Origin: an uncultured Gammaproteobacteria bacterium
GTDB lineage: Bacteria; Patescibacteriota; Patescibacteriia; 2-01-FULL-39-33
Reading direction: 5' to 3'
DNA length: 34,316 nucleotides
Assembly (NCBI GenBank): GCA_964361645.1
Contig: CAYIBK010000003.1
Coordinates: 19,021-53,336, forward strand
Shown here: piece by piece, positions 18,665 through 28,385 of the stretch
Position numbering within the stretch: position 1 is the first letter of the stretch
Layout: every line of letters begins with the position of its first letter
Translations under genes and position numbers: made by a program
The notes under the pieces: generated by a model
Databases searched by the model: none
What the model saw: the letters and a program-made list of their open reading frames with translations, nothing else
What the model was told of the DNA's origin: nothing

Positions 18665-19954
18665 TTGATTAAATATAATTACGTTTGGATAGCAATTTTG
18701 ATTTTATCTTTTTTGCCAGCCTTTTTTTGGCTGATGGCTCCCTCTTTTTTGCCTCGTTTTGATAATTTTACCAATACCATGACTAGTTTGGGCAAATTAG
18801 CCGGCTTAATCGGCTTGGCTTTATTTTCTTTCAGTTTGATTTTAAGCTCCAGGTTTCATTTCCTAGATAAATATTTTAAAGGTTTAAATAATGTTTATGC
18901 CAAACATAGTTTAATCGGCCAAGCAGCTTTTATTTTGTTGCTGTTTCATCCTTTGCTTTTGATCTTTAAGTATGGCGGCGGTTCTCTTGATGGCGCGATT
19001 AGGTTTTTATCGCTCGATGCTAATTGGCCCAAGAATTTAGGATTATTGTCTTTATCACTGATGATTTTACTGGTAGTATTAACTCTTTACCTGCGTCCCA
19101 AATATAATATCTGGAAAATCACCCATAAATTTTTGGGTTTATCTTTTTATTTTGGTTCAATTCATGCCTTACTAATTCCTAGTGATATATCCAGATATGC
19201 TCCGCTTAAATTTTATATGCTTGGCTTGTCATCATTAGCTTTATTAGTTTTTGTCTATAGAACATTGTTAGGAAAATTTTTAGTTAAAAAATATAAATAT
19301 ATAGTGACTAATGTATCATCATTAAATGATAATGTGCTAGAGATAACCATGAAACCCAAGTCCAAAAGATTATCTTTTAATCCCGGACAATTTATTTTTA
19401 TCAGTTTTTTTGATGATAAAATAAGTAGAGAAAGCCATCCCTTCTCTATCTCTTCCGGGCCAGGTGATGATGATTTGAAAATTACCATTAAAAATTCCGG
19501 AGATTACACTAGTGAGTTAATAAATCTTTCAACAGGATCGCTGGCAAAAATAGAAGGTCCATTTGGCTTTTTTTCCCATTTAAATTCCATTTATAATAAT
19601 CAAATTTGGATTGCTGGTGGCATTGGCATAACTCCATTTTTGAGTATGGCCAAATCATTAATATTAAATTCTAATTATTCAATCGATTTATTTTATTGTC
19701 TTAATAACGATAATGAATCAATTTATCTTGATTGGCTTCAAAACCTAGGTTCTAATTTAAGAGTTCATCCATTTTATTATACTCAGAAAGGTTATATTAA
19801 TATTGAGGTAATTAAAAATACAGCCGGATCTTTAGCCGAGAAAGATATTTTTATTTGTGCTCCGCCAACAATGATAATATCACTAAAAAAGCAATTTATC
19901 ACCCAAGGCGTAGATAAAAAATTACTTCATTCAGAAGAATTTAATTTTACATAA
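18665..19954 (+). CDS. Ferric reductase-like transmembrane FAD/NAD oxidoreductase
   Basis: TM domain with heme-ligand His residues, PGQFIF, HPFSISS, EGPFG, WIAGGIGITPF, ICAP and EEF. Confidence 0.9.
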   Translation: MIKYNYVWIAILILSFLPAFFWLMAPSFLPRFDNFTNTMTSLGKLAGLIGLALFSFSLILSSRFHFLDKYFKGLNNVYAKHSLIGQAAFILLLFHPLLLIFKYGGGSLDGAIRFLSLDANWPKNLGLLSLSLMILLVVLTLYLRPKYNIWKITHKFLGLSFYFGSIHALLIPSDISRYAPLKFYMLGLSSLALLVFVYRTLLGKFLVKKYKYIVTNVSSLNDNVLEITMKPKSKRLSFNPGQFIFISFFDDKISRESHPFSISSGPGDDDLKITIKNSGDYTSELINLSTGSLAKIEGPFGFFSHLNSIYNNQIWIAGGIGITPFLSMAKSLILNSNYSIDLFYCLNNDNESIYLDWLQNLGSNLRVHPFYYTQKGYINIEVIKNTAGSLAEKDIFICAPPTMIISLKKQFITQGVDKKLLHSEEFNFT

Positions 19955-20110
19955 ATGAAAAGTATTACCCTAATCATTTTAATATTTTTTATTATAGTAG
20001 TTTCTAGTTTATTTATATTTGATTTAATCAATTCTAATTTCGTCTAGGATTTACTAGGTAAATATTATATCGGTGATTTAATTTTAAAATAATAAATAAT
20101 AATTAAAAAT

Positions 20111-20641
20111 ATGAAAGTATTTGTTTGCCGCATATGCGGGGAGGTTTATATAGGAGAGGAGGCCCCGTCATCCTGCCCATTTTGTGGAGTAGAAAAAAAG
20201 TTTTTAGTTTTAAGCCATTTGTGGCGCGATGAGAATAATGTTGAGTTAACAGAAATTAGCCGCAAAAATTTAGAAGAATCGTTAAAGTTAGAAATATCCA
20301 ACACCAAATTTTACAATTGCATTGAAGACACCTCAAGCAATAAAGAAATTTCTAAAATGTTTAAGGGTCTTAGAAAGGTGGAAAACGAGCATGCTTCTGT
20401 GTTTAGGAAATTATTAAAAATAAATCAGGATCCTGAGTTGGAAGAGGATTGTGTGGATGATGTAATGGTTTCTTTAGAAGATTCAAGTAAACGCGAAGAC
20501 CGAGCTGTTAAGTTGTATGAGAAAGCTGCTGGTGAAGCAACCGAACCAAGAGTAAGAGAAGTTTTTTTAGCTATTGCTAAGGTGGAAAAAGATCATTTGG
20601 CTTTAGATAATATAATGATGGCTAAATATAAAAATAAATAA
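20111..20641 (+). CDS. Rubredoxin + ferritin-like domain protein (reverse rubrerythrin-like)
   Basis: CRICG...CPFCG followed by two ExxH di-iron motifs (ENEH, EKDH). Confidence 0.88.
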   Translation: MKVFVCRICGEVYIGEEAPSSCPFCGVEKKFLVLSHLWRDENNVELTEISRKNLEESLKLEISNTKFYNCIEDTSSNKEISKMFKGLRKVENEHASVFRKLLKINQDPELEEDCVDDVMVSLEDSSKREDRAVKLYEKAAGEATEPRVREVFLAIAKVEKDHLALDNIMMAKYKNK

Positions 20642-20648
20642 ATTTATC

Positions 20649-21251
20649 ATGGATACACTAGCCCCACTAATAATTGAGATATTAAAAGAATATGGCTATG
20701 TAATTGTTTTTTTGGGTACTATCGTAGCTGGAGAGGTGGTAATTTTAGCAGCGGTTTTTTTAGCTTCTCTTAAAATCTTAAATATTTATTTGGTTATCTT
20801 ATTTTGTTTGGCGGGAACGGTAATTTCTGATAATTTATGGTATCTAATTGGCACGAAATTAAATAATAGGTTTAGTTATTTTAAGAAGTATCTTTATCTC
20901 ACTAGATATAAAAAAAAGATCGCCTCTTTTAAAGAAAAATTTAATAGTCATTACCGACAATTTTTAGTTATGAGTAAGTTTATTTATGGATTTAGGATAC
21001 TAATACTTTTGACTTCCGGTTATCAAAGAATACCTTATAAAAAATTTGTGATTTTTAATTTAATCGGCACCTTGTGTTGGATGGTGGTTATAGTTTTTTT
21101 GGGATACATTATGGGTATATCTTGGAATTATTTAGGCCAATACAGCCATAATGCCAGATATTATGTTTTATTTGGCTTATTAATATTGTTTGTGATAAGA
21201 TACATTTTCAATAGACTGATAAATTATAATTATCATGGCCAACGAAATTGA
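20649..21251 (+). CDS. DedA family membrane protein
   Basis: YGY..VFLG...GE, DNLWYLIG, SKFIYGFR and FVIFNLIG. Confidence 0.9.
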   Translation: MDTLAPLIIEILKEYGYVIVFLGTIVAGEVVILAAVFLASLKILNIYLVILFCLAGTVISDNLWYLIGTKLNNRFSYFKKYLYLTRYKKKIASFKEKFNSHYRQFLVMSKFIYGFRILILLTSGYQRIPYKKFVIFNLIGTLCWMVVIVFLGYIMGISWNYLGQYSHNARYYVLFGLLILFVIRYIFNRLINYNYHGQRN

Positions 21252-23145
21252 AGAAATAAAAGAGAGGATAAATATCGCCGATTTAATGTCGGAATATATT
21301 AAATTAGTGCCAGCGGGAGCCAATTTTAGGGCTCTTTGTCCTTTTCATAATGAAAAAACACCCTCCTTGATGATCAGCTCGGAGAAAAAAATTTTTAAAT
21401 GTTTCGGCTGTGGCGCTGGTGGTGATATTTTTGAGTTTTTGATGAAAATGGAAGGCTTGGAATTTCCTGAAGCCAAAAAAGTTTTGGCTAAAAAGGCCGG
21501 TGTAGTTTTGAAAGATTACGATCATCAGGATAGTGGCCAGAAATCAAGATTATTGAAAGCCATGGAGTTAGCTACAAAATATTATCATTATATTTTATTA
21601 AATAGCGAAAGTGCTAAGCCGGCTCTGGAATATTTAACCAAGAGAGGATTAACCGAAGATACGATTATTGATTGGCAAATAGGTTATAGCCCCGATGGTT
21701 GGAGCAATGTTTATGATTTTTTAAAAAAAAGAGGTTTTAATGATCAGGAAATATTTCTAGCTGGACTATCGCTTAGAAAAAAAACCGGCTTTGGTTTTTA
21801 TGATCGGTTTAGAAATAGGATAATGTTTCCCATTGATGATGTCAGCGGTAACACTGTGGCTTTTACAGCCAGAGTTAGCCCAGAAAATGAAGCTACAGAG
21901 GTTATGGGTAAATATATTAATAGTCCCCAAACAGATATTTACGATAAAAGCCGGATTGTTTTTGCGCTCAATAAGGCTAAGCCACACATAAAATCACAAG
22001 ATAGCGCTGTAATAGTTGAAGGCCAAATGGATGCGATAACCGCTCACCAACACGGCTTTAAAAATGTGGTGGCTTCATCTGGTACAGCTCTAACTATGGA
22101 TCAATTTAAATTGATCAAGCGGCAGACTAATAATTTTTTATTCGCCCTGGACTCGGATGTGGCTGGACAAAATGCTACCGCCAAAGGAGACGCTCTGGCT
22201 AAGGCTCTTGATCTTTATATTGTGGAATCGATGGATGAGCGAGGCAGAAAACATTCTTATATAGATTCCAATTTAAGTTATAACATTAGTATTAAAATAG
22301 TAGAAATAAAAGGCGCTAAGGATCCGGATGAAATGATTAAAAATAATCCCCAGGGCTGGCAAGAAGCTGTTTCAGGCGCTCGGCCCATCATAGAATATTA
22401 TTTTGATAAAGCAGTTGAAGGCTTGGATCCGTCTGATATTAACCAGCAACTTAGAGCCGTGAGACAACTTTTGCCCCAGATAAATAAAATTAATAATAAA
22501 GTTGAGATCGGGAGTTGGCTCAAGAAGCTATCGCAAAAAATATCAGTTTCCGAAGATATCTTAAGAGAGGAGATGGCTAATTTGCCCAAAAATAATTTGG
22601 CTATTAAAAATACATCTGAGGCTGATGCTCAAAGGGATAAAAAGGAAATTTTACCCAAGGATTTACAGCTTTTTAGAAAGATTTTAGCCATTATTTTAAG
22701 GTATCCCATGCTACTTTCAAAAGTAATCAGTGATTTGCCAGTCGAATATTTGTATACCCCAACAGCCCTTGACCTTTACAAAAGATTAGTGTTATTTTAT
22801 ACTAAAGGCATTGACCCAGAGATTCTCTCATCTGTGGATAACTCCGATGTTGATTTACATGGTTTAATTGGGGAATACTTAAAGGAGGATAATTTAAATA
22901 GTAAAGAGTTAATTGGCTTGCTTGACGAGTCGTTTTTGCTTTCCACTAAAGATTTCTTAGAATTAACCGATAGGGAAGCTAAAGCAGAAATAGATGTTAC
23001 CTTAAGGATACTAAATAATGATTATTTAAATAAAAAAATAAGTTTATTAAATAGGGAGCTGCAAGAGGCAGAAAAAAAATCTGATTCTGATAAGATTAAT
23101 AGTTTATCTTTGGAATTATCACAATTATTAAAAAGAAAAGAATAA
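21235..23145 (+). CDS. dnaG: DNA primase
   Basis: CPFH...CFGC, DRFRNRIMFPI, KYINSP, VEGQMD, DSD and KDPDE. Confidence 0.98.
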   Translation: MANEIEEIKERINIADLMSEYIKLVPAGANFRALCPFHNEKTPSLMISSEKKIFKCFGCGAGGDIFEFLMKMEGLEFPEAKKVLAKKAGVVLKDYDHQDSGQKSRLLKAMELATKYYHYILLNSESAKPALEYLTKRGLTEDTIIDWQIGYSPDGWSNVYDFLKKRGFNDQEIFLAGLSLRKKTGFGFYDRFRNRIMFPIDDVSGNTVAFTARVSPENEATEVMGKYINSPQTDIYDKSRIVFALNKAKPHIKSQDSAVIVEGQMDAITAHQHGFKNVVASSGTALTMDQFKLIKRQTNNFLFALDSDVAGQNATAKGDALAKALDLYIVESMDERGRKHSYIDSNLSYNISIKIVEIKGAKDPDEMIKNNPQGWQEAVSGARPIIEYYFDKAVEGLDPSDINQQLRAVRQLLPQINKINNKVEIGSWLKKLSQKISVSEDILREEMANLPKNNLAIKNTSEADAQRDKKEILPKDLQLFRKILAIILRYPMLLSKVISDLPVEYLYTPTALDLYKRLVLFYTKGIDPEILSSVDNSDVDLHGLIGEYLKEDNLNSKELIGLLDESFLLSTKDFLELTDREAKAEIDVTLRILNNDYLNKKISLLNRELQEAEKKSDSDKINSLSLELSQLLKRKE

Positions 23146-23288
23146 TAAATTAAATCAAGGAACTTTTATCTTAATTAAGTAAGATTTAGGTTTACTGTAA
23201 ATTATTTTTTAGTTTTAATATTGTTGAATTAAATCATAATTTTAAAATTTCACTTAAATCTCATAGAGTCAAATTCATTAAAATTTTC

Positions 23289-24620
23289 ATGATGAAAAAA
23301 ACAGCCAAGAAGGCTTATAAATCAGCCCTGTCTGCGCGAGCAGGTAAGAAAAAAGTTTCCCCCAAAAGAGCTGAAAAGAAAACTACCAGGAAAAAAATTA
23401 GCTTTACCAGTAAGAAAAAAACTCAGTCGAGAAAATCGGCTATTTCAAAAAAGAAAGCTAAACATCTCAAAGTTCCAAAAGTAGAAGTTAAACCAAACGA
23501 AGAAGCGATTTTAAACCTCATTAAAAAAGGTAAATCGCGTAGTTTTGTTACAGAACAGGAAATCATGATTTTATTTCCGGAATTAGAAGAATATGTTGAT
23601 AGGTACGAAGAATTACTTGAGGATTTATCGGCTACCAGTGTTAGTATTGTGGAAAGTGGCGGATTTTTTGGCGGCACGATGTTGAAAAGTCCTTTTGCCA
23701 AGGCAGTTGAGAAACCGGTAAAAACTCGCAAAGTTCAAAGTCGAACTATGGAGAAATTAAAAGAACTCTCTCAAGTAGATATTAATTTAGGAGATATTTC
23801 CACTGATTCCATTCAGATGTATTTAAGGGAAATTGGCCGCGTGCCACTCTTAAAATCGGATGAAGAAATTATGTTGGCCAAAGAAATTGAAAGAGGCAAT
23901 ATGGAAGCCAAGCATCAATTAATTAAAGCCAATTTAAGACTAGTGGTTTCTATCGCTAAAAGATTCACCGGCAAGAGTTTGTCGCTTTTGGATTTGATTC
24001 AGGAAGGCAATATAGGATTGTTTCGCGCCGTTGATAAATTTGATTATCATAAGGGCTATAAATTTTCTACCTACGCTACTTGGTGGATTAGGCAGGCCAT
24101 CACTAGATCTTTGGCTGATCAATCCCGTACTATCCGTATCCCCGTTCATATGGTGGAAAATATCAATAAATTCCAGCAAGTGGAAAGAAGATTGGTTCAG
24201 GATTTAGGCCGAGAACCAATGCCAGAAGAAATTGCAGCTGAAATGGGTGAAGATATAGTAAAAATAAATCATATCATTAAAATTTCTCAAGAAACTATAT
24301 CGCTGGGCACACCCGTGGGTGATGATAGCGATGATAGTGTTTTGGAAGATTTTATTGAAGATCAAAAAACCATTACCCCAGACAGAGTGGCGGCATTGCA
24401 GATTTTACGTGATTATGTCCAAGAGGTTATTTCCGAATTAACTCCTAGAGAACAGAAAGTTTTGGAGATGAGATTTGGCCTCAAGGATGGAGTTTCTCAT
24501 ACCCTAGAAGAGGTGGGCCAAGAGTTTGATGTTACTCGTGAACGTATCAGACAGATTGAAGCCAAATCATTAGAAAAGATAGAAAAAATTAAAGGAGTTG
24601 AGAAACTTAGGGATTTTTAA
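23289..24620 (+). CDS. rpoD: RNA polymerase primary sigma factor
   Basis: [41 protein letters not shown] and [10 protein letters not shown]. Lys-rich N-terminus. Follows dnaG. Confidence 0.98.
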   Translation: MMKKTAKKAYKSALSARAGKKKVSPKRAEKKTTRKKISFTSKKKTQSRKSAISKKKAKHLKVPKVEVKPNEEAILNLIKKGKSRSFVTEQEIMILFPELEEYVDRYEELLEDLSATSVSIVESGGFFGGTMLKSPFAKAVEKPVKTRKVQSRTMEKLKELSQVDINLGDISTDSIQMYLREIGRVPLLKSDEEIMLAKEIERGNMEAKHQLIKANLRLVVSIAKRFTGKSLSLLDLIQEGNIGLFRAVDKFDYHKGYKFSTYATWWIRQAITRSLADQSRTIRIPVHMVENINKFQQVERRLVQDLGREPMPEEIAAEMGEDIVKINHIIKISQETISLGTPVGDDSDDSVLEDFIEDQKTITPDRVAALQILRDYVQEVISELTPREQKVLEMRFGLKDGVSHTLEEVGQEFDVTRERIRQIEAKSLEKIEKIKGVEKLRDF

Positions 24621-24632
24621 TATAATTTGAAT

Positions 24633-24953
24633 ATGGATAATTCAAATATTACAATAAGTGATTTAGCCAACAATATTGATGATTTAGCAGTTTCTGTTAA
24701 GTCTGGTTTTGAACAGATAGATAAACGATTTGAACAAGTAGATAAACGATTTGAAGATGTTTACGGTAGACTTGATAGTATTGATTCCAAATTATCATTT
24801 ATCCAAAAAGAAATAGAAGATATTAAAGTAAAATTAAGTGCTTTAGAAAATAGAACCATTGAAGATGGTAATATTTTAGGTGGTGATATATTGGATTTAA
24901 AAAACAGAGTTTCATTATTGGAAAAGAAAATAGAGCGATTATCGCATACTTAA
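24633..24953 (+). CDS. Coiled-coil protein with heptad repeats (FEQIDKR-FEQVDKR-FE)
   Basis: 21-bp tandem repeat at 24708-24755. ATG 24633 preferred over TTG 24627. Confidence 0.75.
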   Translation: MDNSNITISDLANNIDDLAVSVKSGFEQIDKRFEQVDKRFEDVYGRLDSIDSKLSFIQKEIEDIKVKLSALENRTIEDGNILGGDILDLKNRVSLLEKKIERLSHT

Positions 24954-24958
24954 TATTA

Positions 24959-24987
24959 TTGACATTAGCGCTATTTTTTGATAATAT
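24959..24987 (+). promoter_or_regulatory. Sigma70 promoter of tRNA-Asn
   Basis: TTGACA (24959-24964), 17 nt, TAATAT with an upstream TG. Confidence 0.65.
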
Positions 24988-25064
24988 ATTTTAAGTGAGT
25001 CAATATTGGCTCGCTTTTAAAATCAGATATTCCGTGATAGCTCAATGGTAGAGCAACCGGCTGT

Positions 25065-25641
25065 GAACATGTGGTGTCTAAATCATGGTATAATTCATAT
25101 ATGAAAGACACCAGAAAATATGCCGATCGTCGCAAATATTTAATTGATGCCGTTTCTAAGCGAAGAAAAGAGTTAAGAAAAAAATCAATTGAATATAAGG
25201 GCGGTAAATGTATTATCTGTGGCTACAATAAGTGCAATCAAGTTTTAGAATTCCATCATTTTAACCCAAAAGTAAAAGACTTTAGTATTTCCCAAAAGGG
25301 TTATACTAGATCATGGGAAAAAGTTAAAAAAGAATTGGATAAATGTATCTTGGTTTGCGCTAATTGTCACAGAGAAATTCATGCTGGCACAACGCAGCTT
25401 CCGAAAGAAATTTCGGAATGAAAATCGGGTGAATTCAGGGAAACCTTTAAAATGGTGATCCTGAGCGAAGTCTCACAGAAATGTGAGAAACGTGCAGAGA
25501 CTATCCTTTATGGAGTAGTCCTATTTAATTAATAGGCCGAAGCGCCCGATACCTAACATCATTGTCATTCCAACGTAAGTAGGAATTCAGTGGTTATGGT
25601 AATGATATAGTCCACGCCTTAGTGAAAACTAGGAATAAGTG
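25065..25641 (+). ncRNA. Group I intron (577 nt) at tRNA position 35/36
   Basis: Exon ends in U and intron ends in G. IGS GCAGC 25394-25398, P2 25399-25418, P3 25424-31/25543-50, P4 25434-39/25460-65, R GCAGAGACTA 25494-25503, S GATATAGTCC 25604-25613, P9 with GAAA loop 25618-25633. Confidence 0.93.
25101..25421 (+). CDS. Intron-encoded HNH endonuclease (putative homing endonuclease)
   Basis: CIICG...LEFHH...CILVCANCHREIH. ATG 25101 preferred over GTG 25071. Confidence 0.88.
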   Translation: MKDTRKYADRRKYLIDAVSKRRKELRKKSIEYKGGKCIICGYNKCNQVLEFHHFNPKVKDFSISQKGYTRSWEKVKKELDKCILVCANCHREIHAGTTQLPKEISE

Positions 25642-26039
25642 TAACCGGTAGGTTGCTGGTTCGAATCCAGCTCACGGAGCAGAGTAGAACAAGCAGGGTC
25701 AAAAACCCTGTTTTGTTTTGTATTTACAGTGGTTTTAGTGAGTTCGAAAGTGTTATTTAACCTAGGTATCCATTCTTGCAAAAATTCAAAGGCTAAAGTG
25801 TAGTTTGGCCTTATTTTTCCGTTATTTAAGTTAAGGTTCGAAAATATATAACTCAAAAGCAATCTTCTATCTTCCTCGGTGGCTTTTGGGCTTTGATATA
25901 TCTCCTGAGCCTTACAGGCCAATTCATGAATTGCAAATCCTGCCTCATAGTACTTAGTTTTGTCTTCGCTTAATTTTTTTAGTCCATTTATGGCCAGTTC
26001 TTTTTCGTCCACAGGATTGAATAAAAATTCACTGCCCAT
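25629..26039 (-). pseudogene. Probable C-terminal remnant of a large serine recombinase reading into the tRNA antisense
   Basis: AQEIY...EDRRLLLSYIFSNLNL resembles the C-terminal tail of tRNA-targeting recombinases (from recall, not searched). The end, LLRELDSNQQP, is tRNA antisense. No catalytic domain, and an in-frame stop lies 9 codons upstream of the ATG. Confidence 0.6.
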
Positions 26040-26173
26040 ATCTCCCCAGTTTATTATGGGGTTTTATTTTTACTTTAAATTTGGTTATCATTTAAAATAG
26101 CTAAAATTACTAAAAAATCATGTTCTAGACAAATATTAGTAGTAAATCATAAAAGGTAATATAGTCTATATGG

Positions 26174-26226
26174 TTGACAAAAATTGACAAAAAAAAATTG
26201 ACAAAATATCCATAATATACTAAAAT
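26174..26226 (+). promoter_or_regulatory. Promoter with three tandem TTGACA hexamers
   Basis: TTGACA at 26174, 26184 and 26198. The third is spaced 17 nt from TAAAAT (26221-26226). Confidence 0.7.
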
Positions 26227-26234
26227 ATTAAAGT

Positions 26235-26411
26235 ATGAAAAATAAATATAACACAATTAGAAAAAATCAATCCCCTAAAGCCGTTCTGGGTTTAGCTTTT
26301 GCTACCCTTAGCCTGGTTATTCGTGGTCAAAAAATGACTGCCAAGCCTTCCAGAACAGGATATTTTTCTATTTTTAATCCCTTAAATTTAATTATCAATC
26401 CCTTATATTGA
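26235..26411 (+). CDS. Possible 58-aa leader ORF
   Basis: ATG 8 nt after the -10 box. MKNKYNTIRKNQSPKAVLGLAFATLSLVIRGQKMTAKPSRTGYFSIFNPLNLIINPLY. Confidence 0.35.
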   Translation: MKNKYNTIRKNQSPKAVLGLAFATLSLVIRGQKMTAKPSRTGYFSIFNPLNLIINPLY

Positions 26412-26440
26412 ATAATCTGAATATCTAAGTCTAAAAGTAA

Positions 26441-26472
26441 AAAACATCCTGCTCTGGAGAGTAGGATGTTTT
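26441..26472. terminator. Terminator-like hairpin upstream of the ABC gene
   Basis: AAAACATCCTGCTC-TGGA-GAGTAGGATGTTTT. Confidence 0.7.
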
Positions 26473-26520
26473 AAGTTCTTTACAAAAAATAAATTCTAAA
26501 AAGAATAAGGAGAGATAGCT

Positions 26521-28347
26521 ATGGATTGGGATGATCAATCAAAAGACACTTCACTGAATTTTTTTATTAATGGTATAAAAGCGCTTTGGGAATTAATCGG
26601 CCTGGGTAAAGCCAAAAAGAACTTTATCCTGGTAATTATTTGGATTATTATCCTATCAATAATAAATCTATTATTCCCCTATTTACTAAAATTGGTCTTT
26701 GATGAGCTACCAGTGATGATAAAAACTCAGACCATAAATAATTATTTTATTATTTTGATGATCCTGATGTTTATTACTAAAATCGTGGCTAATTACATTA
26801 ATCGTTTTATCAAAGAAGTTAAGTTGTGTAGCGTCATTATTGATCTGGAAAATTTTTGGCCCATTATGGCTCAAGAAAAACTTTTAGCACTTTCACTTGG
26901 CTATCACGAACGGGAAAACACCGGCCAGAAAATAGCCAAGATAGAAAAGGGTTGCAATAAAATGATTGAAATTATGATGAATCTCTTTTGGCATTTCTTG
27001 CCTCAAGTCTCTTATCTAATAATCAATATCATTCTTGTCTTGATTATAGATTTAAAATTGGGATTGCTGTTTTTTCTGCCCTTCATTCCAGCTATCTGGT
27101 TAAATCTCAAATGCTACAATAAATTTTTTGATGATTGGGTAAAATGGGACAAGCACAAAGAAGTTTCCAGTGGTTTAATCTGCCAATCATTAATGAATGT
27201 GGATACTGTTCAGGGATTTGTTCAGGAAGAAAAAGAGAAAAATGTCTTTAGCAGTATACGGTATGCTATGCGAGATTTAGATAAGCAAATATCTCTTAAA
27301 ATGCAGAGTTATTTCTTTTGGATGGAAATGATACTGCATTGCTGTTTTATCTTGACTATTATTGCTGGTATTTATTTTATCTACCAAGGCCAGAGTTCCA
27401 TTGGTACGGTAATTTATATTATTGCCACCGGCAATACCAGCTTTAACAGTATTTGGGAATTAACCCATGCCTACACTCAAATAATGAAAAATTTGGTGCC
27501 TGTTTTACGCATGAGGGATTTAATGAATGAAAAAATTGAAATCAAAAATTCTGCTTCAGCTGTTATACCAGATAATTTCAAGGGTCAATTTGAATTTCAA
27601 AATGTTTGTTTTGGTTATTCCAAAAAACGAGAAAAAGTTTTTGAAGATTTTAATTTAACAATTTGGCCCAATCAAATGGTGGCTTTAGTTGGCCCCAGTG
27701 GTGAAGGTAAAACCACGGTCGCCCGTTTAATTTGTCGAACTTATGAAGTCAACTCCGGCAAAATTTTACTTGATGGTTATGATATTAAAGATTTAGATTT
27801 ATTCTGGTATCGCCGGCTTTTTGCCATTGTCCATCAGGATGTCCAGCTCTTTGACACTACTATTGCCAATAATATCCGCTATGGCTGTAAAGAAGCCTCA
27901 GATGAAGATGTTTTAAGAGCGATTAAAGCGTCTCATTTAGAAATCACCTTAGATAATCATGATCGTTTTCCCGACGGCATTTAAACTGAAGTTGGCGAGA
28001 GAGGTATTCGCCTTTCTGGTGGTGAAAAACAAAGAGTTGGTATTGCCAGAGCTTATATCGCCTTACTTTATGGAGCTAAAGTTCTAATCCTTGATGAAGC
28101 CACTTCTTCTTTAGATAGCGAAGCTGAAAAAGCTATTCAAAATATGTTGGATGAGTTAAGACAAAATGCCTCAATTGCTATTATTGCTATTGCTCATCGA
28201 CTTTCTACTATAAAAAAAGCTGATGTAATTTGCGTTATAAGCGATGGCCAGATTATAGAACGTGGCAATCATATTAGACTTATGCAAAGAAATGGCCTCT
28301 ACTCCCGTTTGGCCGAGCTTCAGAATCTAGGAGACTTAAGAGAATAA
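26521..28347 (+). pseudogene. MsbA-like ABC exporter (TMD+NBD) interrupted by one in-frame TAA at 27982-27984
   Basis: Walker A GPSGEGKT precedes the stop. The same frame continues TEVGERGIRLSGGEKQR...LILDEATSSLD...IAHRLST to 28347. Confidence 0.92.
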
Positions 28348-28352
28348 AACAC

Positions 28353-28385
28353 ACCCCCCAACGATAAATTGTTGGGGGTTTTTAT
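28353..28385. terminator. Intrinsic terminator after the ABC gene
   Basis: CCCCCAAC-GATAAATT-GTTGGGGG followed by TTTTT. Confidence 0.85.

Larger units (their letters stand above)
25031..25679 (+). tRNA. tRNA-Asn(GTT), split: exon 1 25031-25064, exon 2 25642-25679
   Basis: Joined exons give acceptor TCCGTGA/TCACGGA, D arm GCTC/GAGC, anticodon arm ACCGG-CTGT|TAA-CCGGT, T arm GCTGG-TTCGAAT-CCAGC and G73. CCA is not encoded. Confidence 0.95.

Noticed and set aside
19955-20047. 30-aa hydrophobic ORF after the ferric reductase, and a 28-aa ORF at 33739-33825
   Set aside because: T-rich DNA readily yields hydrophobic ORFs, and there is no independent support.
22833-22841. Perfect DnaA box TGTGGATAA, also TTATCCACA at 30291-30299
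   Set aside because: Isolated, inside coding sequence, and not clustered as in an origin.
27982-27984. Alternative genetic code or stop readthrough
   Set aside because: TAA, TAG and TGA all terminate conserved genes at expected positions (e.g. ligA and gatC end in TGA).
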